DNA from: a virus
Taxonomy: Duplodnaviria > Caudoviricetes
IMG/VR virus record: IMGVR_UViG_3300020156_000030
Span: 1-62,257 of that record
Length of the DNA: 62,257 bases
Reading direction: 5' to 3' (one strand)
The translations under genes and the position numbers were made by a program. Of this stretch, positions 35,601 to 44,900 are shown piece by piece. The notes under the pieces were generated by a model. The model saw only the letters and a program-made list of their open reading frames with translations. It did not search any database and was not told the DNA's origin. The number at the start of each line of letters is the position of its first letter. Position 1 is the stretch's first letter.

Positions 35601-37490
35601 ATGAAAACCCTGATCCTCGACTATGAGACATATTACGACGACGAATACTCCCTGCGGAAAATGACGCCGGTGGAGTATATCCTCGACCCTCGTTTCGAGG
35701 TCACGGGCTGCGCCTTCAAGGAAGGGGTGACTGGGGAACCGTATTGGGTAGACGGGCCGGACCTCCCTGCCTTCTTCAGGGAGCAGGACCCCGATGTTAC
35801 CTTGGCGGTAAGTCACAACGCTCTCTTCGATGCGTGCATATCCGCATGGCGTTATGGCTTCGTGCCCCGCCTCACCACCTGCACACTGTCCGTCTCGCGT
35901 GCTGTCCTCGGGCACAAGCTGAAGGCCCTGTCGCTCAACTCCGTGGCGATGCACCTCGGGCTCGGAGCCAAGACCGATGCGCTGATTAAAGCGAAGGGGA
36001 TGCGGCTCGCCGACATCAAGGCATCCGGGCTCTACGATCGCTACGTTGAATACGCCAAGATCGACGCCGACCTCTGCGCCGGCATCTTTGACCGGCTGGT
36101 CAAGCAGGGGGGCTTTCCGGTCTCCGAGCTGGTCATCATGAACAGCGTGATCCGCTGTGCCACCAAGCCCCGTTTCCTCCTCGACAGTAACGTCCTCGCA
36201 CAGCACGCCTTCAGGGTAGCGCAGGAGAAGGAGCAGTTGCTGGCGCGCATCGGAGTGGACAAGAAAGACCTGATGTCCAACGACAAGTTCGCCGGCCTGC
36301 TGCGGGCGATGGGCGTCGAACCCCCGATGAAGACCTCGCCGGTGACAGGAAAACAGTCCTATGCCTTCGCCAAGACGGACACCGCGTTCCTCGATCTGCA
36401 GGAGCACCCCAACCCGCAGGTGCAAGCTCTCGTCGCCGCTCGCTTCGGGCACAAGAGCACATTGGAGGAAACGCGCACCGCGCGGCTGATCAACATCGCC
36501 AACCTGCAATGGCCTGCCGAAGCGCCGTTACCCACTGAGGTAAGGCAGGGATGGATGCCGATCCCGCTGAAATACTCCGGCGCTCATACGCACCGCCTGT
36601 CGGGGGATTGGGACCTCAATGCCCAGAACTGGCCGAGAGGAGGCGAGCTGAGGCGCGCACTCATAGCACCACCGGGCTACAAGGTCGTGAGCGGGGACAA
36701 GTCGCAGGTGGAAGCGAGGCTCGTCGCCGTGCAGGCCAACGAGGAGCAGCTGGTTCGCCAGTTTGCCGATGGGGAGGATGTCTACTCATCCTTCGCCACC
36801 ACCGTGTTCGGTTACCCCGTCAACAAGAGCCTGACCAAGGAGCGCTTCGTTGGAAAGCAGGCCATCCTTGGGCTGGGCTACGGGCTGGGGTGGATGAAGT
36901 TCATGGACCGGCTTGCCACCGACTCCGAGAACCAGCTTGGTTTCCGCATCAGCCTTGAGCCGAGCGAGAGCCAACGCATCGTCAACACCTATCGCAACCG
37001 CTACACCATGATACCACGCACATGGCGGATGCTGAACGACATGGGCATCCCGGCGCTCGCCAGCGGGGCGGACTTCACCTTTGGCGCGTGCCGCTTCGAG
37101 CTGGAGGCGATCGTCCTGCCGAACGGCATGAGGCTGTTCTACCACGAGCTGCGCCAGCAGCCGGGCGACAAGGGCCTCGAATGGGTGTTTACCTACGGAG
37201 GTAAGCTCAAGCGCCTCTACGGCGGCAAGCTGCTGGAGAACATCACGCAGGCCATTGCTCGCATCGACACGATGGAGGCGGCCATGCGCATCGAGAAGCG
37301 TCTGGACCGGGCTGGCATCGAGCTCGCCCATCAGGTCCATGACGAGTTGATCTTCGTCGTGCCAGACCGCTTCGCCGAAGTCGTGCAGGGCATCGTGCTG
37401 GAAGAAATGCGCAAGGCACCGGCTTGGCTGCCGCAAGCCCCCCTAGCCGCAGAGGTCGGAATGGGCCTCAGCTACGGAGAGGCGAAGTAA
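35601..37490 (+). CDS. polA: DNA polymerase family A with a 3'-5' exonuclease domain
   Basis: Exo DYET and SHNALFD; motif A DKSQVEAR, motif B RFVGKQAILGLGYG, motif C QVHDE. Confidence 0.93.
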   Translation: MKTLILDYETYYDDEYSLRKMTPVEYILDPRFEVTGCAFKEGVTGEPYWVDGPDLPAFFREQDPDVTLAVSHNALFDACISAWRYGFVPRLTTCTLSVSRAVLGHKLKALSLNSVAMHLGLGAKTDALIKAKGMRLADIKASGLYDRYVEYAKIDADLCAGIFDRLVKQGGFPVSELVIMNSVIRCATKPRFLLDSNVLAQHAFRVAQEKEQLLARIGVDKKDLMSNDKFAGLLRAMGVEPPMKTSPVTGKQSYAFAKTDTAFLDLQEHPNPQVQALVAARFGHKSTLEETRTARLINIANLQWPAEAPLPTEVRQGWMPIPLKYSGAHTHRLSGDWDLNAQNWPRGGELRRALIAPPGYKVVSGDKSQVEARLVAVQANEEQLVRQFADGEDVYSSFATTVFGYPVNKSLTKERFVGKQAILGLGYGLGWMKFMDRLATDSENQLGFRISLEPSESQRIVNTYRNRYTMIPRTWRMLNDMGIPALASGADFTFGACRFELEAIVLPNGMRLFYHELRQQPGDKGLEWVFTYGGKLKRLYGGKLLENITQAIARIDTMEAAMRIEKRLDRAGIELAHQVHDELIFVVPDRFAEVVQGIVLEEMRKAPAWLPQAPLAAEVGMGLSYGEAK

Positions 37491-37497
37491 CGTTCGC

Positions 37498-37526
37498 TTG
37501 ACATTGGTGTAGCAATGTGGTAACTG
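37498..37526 (+). promoter_or_regulatory. Putative sigma70 promoter
   Basis: TTGACA-17 nt-TAACTG with an extended TG. Confidence 0.45.
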
Positions 37527-37534
37527 GGTTTGTC

Positions 37535-37846
37535 ATGGCAGCACCAGAAACAACCCCCATGAACACCGATGCGAGCATGGAGCTCAAGGCGGCGTTCCAC
37601 CTCCCACCGGCCCTCAACAGCGTCCTCACGCTCCTGATGGCTGTGCCCATCCTCACGCCTGAGCTTATCGAGGAGCATGTCGAACTCAACTACAACTACC
37701 GGGTCGCCATGCACCGGCTACGCGCTGCCCTCGCTCCCTATGGCATCGAGATCAGGTCCCGCCGGATGACGGGATACTGGTTGGAGGAAGAGGACAGGGA
37801 GAAGATCAAGCAGCGCGTGCGCGCCGCCCTGCGGGCTGTAGCCTGA
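37535..37846 (+). CDS. Stand-alone OmpR/PhoB-type winged-helix DNA-binding protein (putative)
   Basis: RVAMHRLRAAL..GIEIRSRRMTGYWL resembles the recognition helix and wing of trans_reg_C domains; start uncertain. Confidence 0.55.
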   Translation: MAAPETTPMNTDASMELKAAFHLPPALNSVLTLLMAVPILTPELIEEHVELNYNYRVAMHRLRAALAPYGIEIRSRRMTGYWLEEEDREKIKQRVRAALRAVA

Positions 37847-37883
37847 CGCCTTACCCACGGAAGTAACCAGAGGAGCCTACCCC

Positions 37884-38132
37884 ATGAACAGATACGTTGT
37901 CGTGATCCAGCAGGCTGGCAAGAACGAGAAAGCCTTCATCGCGCAGCAGGGCATCTGCGGTGAAATCTACATCCGTGCCCAATGCGGCACGCGCAGCGGA
38001 GCCCAGCAGATGGTTGACATCCTCAACCAGAACGGCCCGACGATCGACAAGCGGCTCAAGGATGAAGCCAAGTCGCTAGTCTCCGCCGAGAAGGAGGAGA
38101 AGCTGGCGAAGTTCAGGAGGGTCACACGATGA
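37884..38132 (+). CDS. Hypothetical protein
   Basis: GAGGAG RBS. Confidence 0.65.
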   Translation: MNRYVVVIQQAGKNEKAFIAQQGICGEIYIRAQCGTRSGAQQMVDILNQNGPTIDKRLKDEAKSLVSAEKEEKLAKFRRVTR

Positions 38133-38290
38133 CGCTCGGGTTCTGGATGGCGGTGTTTATCTGCACAATGCAGGCACTTCAGCTGGCGCTCGCGGTATAC
38201 GTCTCTGACTGGAGCCATGCGGCGTCCGCTCTGGTCGCCTGCATGGGGTGGGCAGCGGTCGCCCTGCATCAAAAGGACATCTTCAGGTAA
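38129..38290 (+). CDS. Small membrane protein (53 aa)
   Basis: ATGA overlap, AGGAGG RBS, MTLGFWMAVFIC hydrophobic start. Confidence 0.5.
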   Translation: MTLGFWMAVFICTMQALQLALAVYVSDWSHAASALVACMGWAAVALHQKDIFR

Positions 38291-38982
38291 TGGCACCAAC
38301 TACGATCCGTCACAGCCCCGCCCAGCCGAAGCCCTTCGCTTGGAGTTACTCCAAGCTGAAGAACTACGAGTCATGCCCGAAACGCCACTGGCACATCGAC
38401 GTGGCCAAGGACGTGAAAGAGGAAGAGGGCGAGGCCCTGACATGGGGCAACGCTGTCCACAAGGCTCTGGCGGATCGTATCGCTAGGGGGGCCGCACTGC
38501 CGCGCGGCATGGAGGACTATGAGCACTGGTGTGAAAAGGTGCTTACCTCCCCGGGTAACATCTTGGTCGAGCAGAAGCTGGCCATCACCAAGGACTTCGC
38601 CCCCTGTGAGTTCTTCGCCAAGGATGCGTGGTTCCGGGGCGTCGGCGACGTGATCAAGCTGCATGGGCCGGTGGCCCTCATCGTGGACTGGAAGACGGGT
38701 AAAATCCTCGAAGACAGCGTGCAGCTCGCCCTGTCGGCCGCGTGCGTGTTTGCACACTACCCAAAGGTCCAGCGTGTCCGGTCCGAGTTCATTTGGCTGA
38801 AGGAAGACGCCACGACCCGGGAAGATTTCCGTCGGGAGGATATGGTCAACCTGTGGCGGATTTTGTGGCCGAGGATCGAGTCACTGAGGCAAGCGCATGA
38901 GCAGATCAACTATCCACCCAAGCCCGGACCCCTCTGCAGAAGGTGGTGCCCCGTCAAGCAGTGCCCCCATAACGGAGGGTAA
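38290..38982 (+). CDS. PD-(D/E)XK Cas4-like exonuclease
   Basis: WSYSKL..YESCP, GNAVH, EQKL, D...VDWKTGK, QL and C-terminal C..WCP..C. Confidence 0.85.
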   Translation: MAPTTIRHSPAQPKPFAWSYSKLKNYESCPKRHWHIDVAKDVKEEEGEALTWGNAVHKALADRIARGAALPRGMEDYEHWCEKVLTSPGNILVEQKLAITKDFAPCEFFAKDAWFRGVGDVIKLHGPVALIVDWKTGKILEDSVQLALSAACVFAHYPKVQRVRSEFIWLKEDATTREDFRREDMVNLWRILWPRIESLRQAHEQINYPPKPGPLCRRWCPVKQCPHNGG

Positions 38983-39310
38983 GCAGCTCTCACTCAAGAC
39001 CTTGGCCGAAATGGCGGCGGGGAGACGATCGGTGGAGGAGGCTATCATCTATAAGCGGCTGAGTGTTGTTCAGGACGAGTTTATGTTCAAATTCCCTTCC
39101 CTGCGGGTCACACTTCATCTGGCGAGGGACTCTGAGAACAATTTGAACGTGGTCCGGGCGGCAATTTGCAAGAAGAAGTGGAAACGCTTCGGGCCAGCGG
39201 AGACTAAACTACTCGTTGCAGACAGCCACCCCACACTGGTGCATAGTGAAAGCATAGAGGTGTTTCCTTCGGACGAACTCGTCGCCAAGCTGATGTTACT
39301 CGGAGGGTAA
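38897..39310 (+). CDS. Hypothetical protein, FPSDEL family D1 (start uncertain, possibly 39011)
   Basis: C-terminus ESIEVFPSDELVAKLMLLGG. Confidence 0.55.
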   Translation: MSRSTIHPSPDPSAEGGAPSSSAPITEGKQLSLKTLAEMAAGRRSVEEAIIYKRLSVVQDEFMFKFPSLRVTLHLARDSENNLNVVRAAICKKKWKRFGPAETKLLVADSHPTLVHSESIEVFPSDELVAKLMLLGG

Positions 39311-39313
39311 GCC

Positions 39314-39631
39314 ATGCTAGGAATGCCCGCACCGAGAACACCGAGGTTCATCATGCCGCTACCCAGCGGAGACAGAGTGGAGATAGGGTCCCCAGCGGCA
39401 ACTTATTACATAGCGATACGAAAACTATGCCGATACGACATACGAGTTATGGCTGTGTCGGAAAAACGCAAGGTTCATTACAAGCTGTTTTGGGGGATAA
39501 ACTTTTGGGTTAAACGAAGCCATGTCGTTGTGACTCTGGTATTTTCTACGGGAGATAAACTTGAGCTCGTAGAGGTGGAGAGGGACTCTCCCTCCGATGA
39601 GTTACTCGCCCAAGTAATGCTGGTTGGATGA
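39314..39631 (+). CDS. Hypothetical protein, FPSDEL family D2
   Basis: C-terminus ERDSPSDELLAQVMLVG. Confidence 0.55.
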   Translation: MLGMPAPRTPRFIMPLPSGDRVEIGSPAATYYIAIRKLCRYDIRVMAVSEKRKVHYKLFWGINFWVKRSHVVVTLVFSTGDKLELVEVERDSPSDELLAQVMLVG

Positions 39632-39643
39632 AGGAGGACCACT

Positions 39644-40096
39644 ATGGGCATATTCAACTGGAAGATCAACAAGACTGTGGTTCCCGCCAATACCACCGAC
39701 CAGTCTGATCCCATACAGGATGAGCTTGAATGGGCTGCAAGGGGATTGGAAAGGGCAAAGAACCACACTGGTTACTATGACCATAACGTGGCTCCTGTGT
39801 GGAACTCGCGCACCATGATGCAGTTTCCGGCGTCACAAATCCAGCACATGAAAGAGGAACTTCACCGCTTAAAATACGGTGCACTGCCGGCCAAGTTTCA
39901 CCAAGCCTTCGATAAACTCGAAGATGCTGTGTCATCAGGCACCCATATCAGGATCGAGGAAATCATCCTCGTCACCGAGAAGCGTGAATGCGTTGCCGTG
40001 ACACTTACCCGGGAGGGTAAGCGCTTCCAGTTCTACGAGGACCCGGAAGTGTTCCCCTCCGAGGAGCTCATCGCGCAATCCATGCTGGTGGGCTAA
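39644..40096 (+). CDS. Hypothetical protein, FPSDEL family D3
   Basis: C-terminus EDPEVFPSEELIAQSMLVG; AGGAGG RBS. Confidence 0.65.
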   Translation: MGIFNWKINKTVVPANTTDQSDPIQDELEWAARGLERAKNHTGYYDHNVAPVWNSRTMMQFPASQIQHMKEELHRLKYGALPAKFHQAFDKLEDAVSSGTHIRIEEIILVTEKRECVAVTLTREGKRFQFYEDPEVFPSEELIAQSMLVG

Positions 40097-40341
40097 TGGC
40101 AGCCGCGTGCAGAGTATGCGGAAAGGGCAGCACGATCGTCACCGATAGCCGGCAGGTGCAGCACAACGGAAAGCCGGCGATATGGCGTCGCCGGGAGTGC
40201 CTGCAGTGCAAGCGCCGCTACAGCACCTACGAAGTGCTGGATAACGAAGTCGCCAAGGCACTACCTCCGAAGATGGATCGTGTTCTCTGGCTCCTGAAGG
40301 AGCTGAGCAAGGAATTGGAGAAGTTCCATGGATCAGACTAA
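40096..40341 (+). CDS. NrdR N-terminal-like zinc-ribbon protein
   Basis: CRVCG...VTDSR.....WRRRECLQCKRRYSTYE; no ATP-cone. Confidence 0.7.
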   Translation: MAAACRVCGKGSTIVTDSRQVQHNGKPAIWRRRECLQCKRRYSTYEVLDNEVAKALPPKMDRVLWLLKELSKELEKFHGSD

Positions 40342-40714
40342 GGGAGGGTTCTCGGCTGTAGCCGATCAACTGCTGGCTTCAGCACAGGAGACGTGGCTAC
40401 ATGTCAACGTTGCTAATACGATCCCCGGTGCCAACCTCACCGTCGCACCGTCCCATCCGACAGACCGTTTCAAGAAGCGCAAGGCAGACCGTGCAACCAT
40501 ACGCGCCGTCGCTGAAAGCCTTCTCATGGCACGGACGAAATTACCCTACGGGGTAATGTTCGATGCTTGGGTGAAGTTCAACCGTGCCGGCAGGGCGACC
40601 GCCATCCGCACCCGGATATTCAGGACGGATGGAGAGGTCATCACGTTCGAGGAACCGATCGAGGCGTTCCCTTCGGATGAGCTGATCGCCCGCATCATGC
40701 TGGTGGCGAAATGA
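40328..40714 (+). CDS. Hypothetical protein, FPSDEL family D4
   Basis: C-terminus EEPIEAFPSDELIARIMLVAK. Confidence 0.65.
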   Translation: MDQTKGGFSAVADQLLASAQETWLHVNVANTIPGANLTVAPSHPTDRFKKRKADRATIRAVAESLLMARTKLPYGVMFDAWVKFNRAGRATAIRTRIFRTDGEVITFEEPIEAFPSDELIARIMLVAK

Positions 40715-41001
40715 CCCCCGAGGGAAAGATCAAGCGCGCGGTGAGCCGCGCCATCGCCAAGTTCCCCAACGTCTACAAGTTCATGCCGGTCCCGGCCGGA
40801 TTTGGACCATCGAGCCTCGACTACCTCCTCTGTGTCAACGGGCACTTCCTCGCCATCGAAACCAAGGCACCCGGCAAGAAGCTGACCCCACGCCAGCAGC
40901 TCTGTGCCAAGCAGATCACCGATGCAGGCGGCTTGGTGCTGGTCATTGACAGCGAGGACATGAGCGAGCTGCTGCTGATTTTGGACAGGCTGACATCATG
41001 A
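40711..41001 (+). CDS. VRR-NUC domain nuclease
   Basis: TPEGKIK...D.L.C.NG.FLAIETKAPGKK.TPRQ. Confidence 0.85.
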   Translation: MTPEGKIKRAVSRAIAKFPNVYKFMPVPAGFGPSSLDYLLCVNGHFLAIETKAPGKKLTPRQQLCAKQITDAGGLVLVIDSEDMSELLLILDRLTS

Positions 41002-42587
41002 CATTACCCGTTCAGGTAAGCCCGAAACACAAGGTGGTAGGCGTCCCCGACGCCCCGGCGCTGCGCAACCTCTTCCCCACCGCTCCGCAGATCGTATCCG
41101 GGGGCAGGCCGCATCTGGTCATCCCGCACCGGCCTGTCGAGACCTTCATGCTGAGGAAGCTGGGGTATGACGTTCCCGCCCCCATCCTCACGCAATACGA
41201 CTGGCCGCATCCTGCGGGCGAGCCGCCTTTCGACGCCCAGAAGCGCACAGCGGCGCTGCTGACCATGAACGACCGCGCCTATGTTCTCTCGGGCATGGGC
41301 ACCGGCAAGACGCGCTCGGCGCTGTGGAGCTGGGATTACCTCAACAAGGCAGGGCTGGCGGGTAAGCTGCTCGTGTTCGCCCCGCTGTCCACTCTGACCT
41401 TCACGTGGCAGCGTGAGGTGTTCAACCTCCTGCCTCACCGGAAATCCGTGGTCCTTCATGGCACCAAGAAGAAGAGGCTGGAGCGCCTCGCCGAAGATGT
41501 GGACATCTACATCATCAACCACGACGGGCTCGGGGTGTTACTCCCCGAGGTAATGGCCCGCACCGACATCACGGCGCTGGTCATCGACGAGCTCGCTGTC
41601 TATCGCAACGGCACCGCCGAGCGGACCAAGAAGCTGCGGAAGCTCACTGCCGCCCCCCATGTCAAATGGGTATGGGGCATGACCGGCTCACCGATGCCGA
41701 ACGCTCCTACTGACGTATGGGCACAGGCCGCGATCGTCACGCCTTCTCGGGTGCCGAAGTATTTCACCGCGTTCCGCAACGAGCTCATGCTCAAGGTGAG
41801 CCAGTTCAAATACGTCCCCCGCAGTGACGCGGTGGAGCGTGCGTTCGAGGCGCTGCAGCCCTCTGTGCGGTTCACGCTCGACGACGTGTATGAGCTGCCG
41901 GAGACCATCTACCGATCGCTCGACGTAGAGCTGGGGAAGCAGCAGGCCAAGGTCTACAAGGACATGGCCGACAAGTGCTTCGCCGCCGTGCAGAACCACC
42001 AGATCACGGCAGCCAACGCCGGGGCCGTGATGAGCAAGCTGCTTCAGGTGTCCACGGGGTGGGTCTATACAGCAGACCACCGCACCGTTCCGCTGGATAA
42101 CCAGAAACGGGTGGAGGCGCTGATGGACGCCATCAACTCCACGGACCGCAAGGTCATCGTGTTCGTGCCCTACAAGCACGCTCTGGCGGGTATCTCCGAA
42201 GCACTTACCTCGGAAGGTTACGAACATGCGGCGGTGTCCGGCGACACCCCTGCGGGGGAGCGCTCGCAGATTTTCAACGCCTTCCAGAACACCAGCAAAT
42301 ACAAGGTGCTCGCGGCCCACCCGCAGTGTCTGGCCCATGGGATCACCCTGACAGCGGCGGACACGATCATATGGTTCGCCCCTATCACGTCGCTTGAGAC
42401 GTATGAGCAGGCCAACGCACGCATCTCGCGCGTAGGCCAGAAGCACAAGCAGCTCGTGCTGCATCTGCAGAGCACGCCCGTGGAGGCTCGGATATACTCC
42501 ATGCTCAAGGGCAAGCAGCGGGTGCAGGACAAGCTCCTCGACCTGTTCGCAACAGCAACCTCGGAAGGTAACCATGAAAACTCATAA
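40998..42587 (+). CDS. SNF2-family helicase
   Basis: MGTGKT, VIDE, MTGSP, KLLQ, AHGITLT and QANARISRVGQ motifs. Confidence 0.9.
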   Translation: MTLPVQVSPKHKVVGVPDAPALRNLFPTAPQIVSGGRPHLVIPHRPVETFMLRKLGYDVPAPILTQYDWPHPAGEPPFDAQKRTAALLTMNDRAYVLSGMGTGKTRSALWSWDYLNKAGLAGKLLVFAPLSTLTFTWQREVFNLLPHRKSVVLHGTKKKRLERLAEDVDIYIINHDGLGVLLPEVMARTDITALVIDELAVYRNGTAERTKKLRKLTAAPHVKWVWGMTGSPMPNAPTDVWAQAAIVTPSRVPKYFTAFRNELMLKVSQFKYVPRSDAVERAFEALQPSVRFTLDDVYELPETIYRSLDVELGKQQAKVYKDMADKCFAAVQNHQITAANAGAVMSKLLQVSTGWVYTADHRTVPLDNQKRVEALMDAINSTDRKVIVFVPYKHALAGISEALTSEGYEHAAVSGDTPAGERSQIFNAFQNTSKYKVLAAHPQCLAHGITLTAADTIIWFAPITSLETYEQANARISRVGQKHKQLVLHLQSTPVEARIYSMLKGKQRVQDKLLDLFATATSEGNHENS

Positions 42588-43529
42588 CACCCTGCAGCCG
42601 ATGCCCACCTCCACTGAGATCGCGAAGGTGCTGAAGCCGTTTGCGAAGGCGGCAAGTGAAGCCGACCGATGGGGAGTTCGGAACGAAATCTCGGTTCACG
42701 ATCGGGCGTGGTCTGAGCCGCCTTTGGTCGCTGACCTCCGCGCTGCCCGCGACCTCCTCTCCCGCCTCTCCGCCGGGAGGAGCCGACCGAGGAGATGCTG
42801 TCCCGTGCCGCCAAAGCAGATCACAATAAGCTCCTCGCTCTGGCGATCTACAACGCCATGCTCTCCGCCGCCCCGCAGCCTGACGCCATCGAGGTGGAGC
42901 CGCTTTACGCCGCTCCGCCCGCCCCATCCGCCGAAGCAGAGAGCAAGATGCTGGAGGCGCTGAAGGCAGTGCGCGATTGGGACGCGCCCCGCGACATCCT
43001 TCCGCATGGCGTGGCGCAGAAAATCGTCGCCGCCCTCGCCGAAGCGTCTCTCGCCCCCGCTCCCGCCGAAGCAGCGAGCAAGATGCTGGAGGCGCTGCGG
43101 AAGATCGAGCTAGCATCCCGCGCGGCGGATGCGGACGACCCACTCACCTACGTCAACCGCAAAGCAGCGAAAGCCATCGCCCTCGCCGAAGCGTCTCTTG
43201 GCCCCACCCCGAGCGGCTACGACCCGGCGACGGTGGAGGAGATCGAGAGGCTCAGGCGAGGCAACGAGCGCGAGCGCACCGCCGTCGCCGATGCGATCGG
43301 CAAGATCAGGAGCGCGATCGGCGCCCGAGCATGGCTGAGGGAAAGCCGAGGTTCCTACGCTTGGGACGACGCACGCTATCAGGCCGAGTTTGGTGCCGCA
43401 CTGGACGAGATCGACGCGGCGCTCGATCCGCTGCGGAAGATCGCGGCCGACTGGTCCGACTGCCCGACCGACCCGCTGGAGATCGCCGCCATCCGCGCCC
43501 TCTCCAAGACCGATGGAGGGCAGGGATGA
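42574..43529 (+). CDS. Mosaic hypothetical gene, apparently split by a frameshift near 42778
   Basis: Frame 1 (42574) reads protein-like to LSAG. Frame 2 carries EPTEEM...AIYNAMLSAAP and continues to 43529. Confidence 0.45.
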
Positions 43530-43648
43530 AGCGCGCACCCTTTCGACTACGGTGGTTTTGCTACTGGCTCTTCACCGGGACGCCTCATCCAGAGAACGTC
43601 CAATTTTACAAGGACCTGTGGAACAAAGAGCGGAGACCCCTCCCATGA
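43526..43648 (+). CDS. Small hypothetical protein (40 aa)
   Basis: ATGA overlaps on both sides; MKRAPFRLRWFCYWLF. Confidence 0.45.
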   Translation: MKRAPFRLRWFCYWLFTGTPHPENVQFYKDLWNKERRPLP

Positions 43649-43911
43649 CCAAGCCCCCGAACGAGGCGGAGATCGCGGAGCTGGAAGCAGAGCTTCGGAA
43701 CGAGGACCGCTACGAGCTTTGGGGTAACTCAACAGTCGAGGCTCTCCTTGCCACCATCCGCGCGCAGCAGGAGCGGAACAAGGCGCTGGAGGGGTTCGTG
43801 GCGCTCTTCCGGTGCATCGACTTCGAGCGGTTCACCAAGCACGACAAACTGCTGCTAGGTGAACTCCACGCGCGCGCCGCCCTCTACAAGACCGATGGAG
43901 AGCAGGAGTGA
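43645..43911 (+). CDS. Hypothetical protein
   Basis: GGAG RBS; MTKPPNEAEIAELEAEL. Confidence 0.55.
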   Translation: MTKPPNEAEIAELEAELRNEDRYELWGNSTVEALLATIRAQQERNKALEGFVALFRCIDFERFTKHDKLLLGELHARAALYKTDGEQE

Positions 43912-44138
43912 GTCGCTTTCAAGACTTCACCATACCACCCTCGCTGCACCCACTGGTGCGGCGAATTTTCGAGGAGATGAAAACACAGGAGATCAGCAAA
44001 AGCGAAATGGCCCGCAGGATCGGTATCCGGCGCGAGTCGATATGGTTGTGGGAGCGTCATAACCCGCAGCTCCTGAACCTCGAAGCCGCCGGCACGGTCC
44101 TTGGACTGAAACTCAAATGGGTAAGGGACACACGATGA
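43908..44138 (+). CDS. XRE-type helix-turn-helix protein
   Basis: ISKSEMARRIGIRRESIWLWE...P.L.NLEA...LGL. Confidence 0.75.
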   Translation: MSRFQDFTIPPSLHPLVRRIFEEMKTQEISKSEMARRIGIRRESIWLWERHNPQLLNLEAAGTVLGLKLKWVRDTR

Positions 44139-44476
44139 AGAAAATCACCGCCATATTTGCCGATGACGCGCCCGTGGACATCGGCGCTCTGGCCCTCAAC
44201 TCCGTGGAGTTCATACTGGAGACACTCCCCAACGAGCCGGAACTGCCAAAGCGATCCTACAAGCGGGACGCCGAGAGACCTCGCCCCGTGGTCATTATGG
44301 AGCACTTCTCGCCTGAAGCCACGTTCACCCAGACGCAGGCGGCAAACTGGCTGCAGGCGGCGGGATATGCACAGCAGGGAGTGAGCTCTGCCCTTCAGCA
44401 GTTGAAGGTGTCTGGGAACGTCCGGTCGCTGGGCGCTGCCCGGTGGCAGTTCGTCAAGCCGTTACCCACGAGGTAA
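44135..44476 (+). CDS. Hypothetical protein (possible C-terminal winged helix)
   Basis: ATGA overlap; VSSALQQLKVSGNV..LG..RW. Confidence 0.55.
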   Translation: MKKITAIFADDAPVDIGALALNSVEFILETLPNEPELPKRSYKRDAERPRPVVIMEHFSPEATFTQTQAANWLQAAGYAQQGVSSALQQLKVSGNVRSLGAARWQFVKPLPTR

Positions 44477-44510
44477 CCTGAACCACCTTCTAAACACAGG
44501 AGAGAACATT

Positions 44511-44900
44511 ATGGCTGGCCCGAATTTCGAGACCCGAGTTGCCCAATATGTGCAGCTACGGGACAAGATAGCCGACATCGAGAAGCGGCATAAGGAGGAG
44601 CTACGACCCTTCAAGGAGATGCAGGAGCTGCTGAACGCGGCACTCCTGCAGCACATGGTCTCCAGCAAGGCCGAGTCGGTCAGGACCTCCGCAGGAACGG
44701 TCTATCGTTCCTCCAAAGGGTCTGCTAGTATCGCCGACCACAAAGCCTTCTGGGCCTTCGTGGAGAACAACGGGGCTTGGGACCTTCTCGACAAGAAGGC
44801 GAACGTCACGGCGGTTCGGGACTACATCGAGGAGAACAAGAACCCCCCGCCGGGCATCACCTACACCGAGCGCCAGACCGTTGGTGTCCGGCGAAGCTGA
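44511..44900 (+). CDS. Conserved phage replication-module protein
   Basis: Y..LRD coiled coil, SVRT.AGTVY, WDLL and PPG motifs; typically precedes an SSB-like gene. Confidence 0.7.
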   Translation: MAGPNFETRVAQYVQLRDKIADIEKRHKEELRPFKEMQELLNAALLQHMVSSKAESVRTSAGTVYRSSKGSASIADHKAFWAFVENNGAWDLLDKKANVTAVRDYIEENKNPPPGITYTERQTVGVRRS

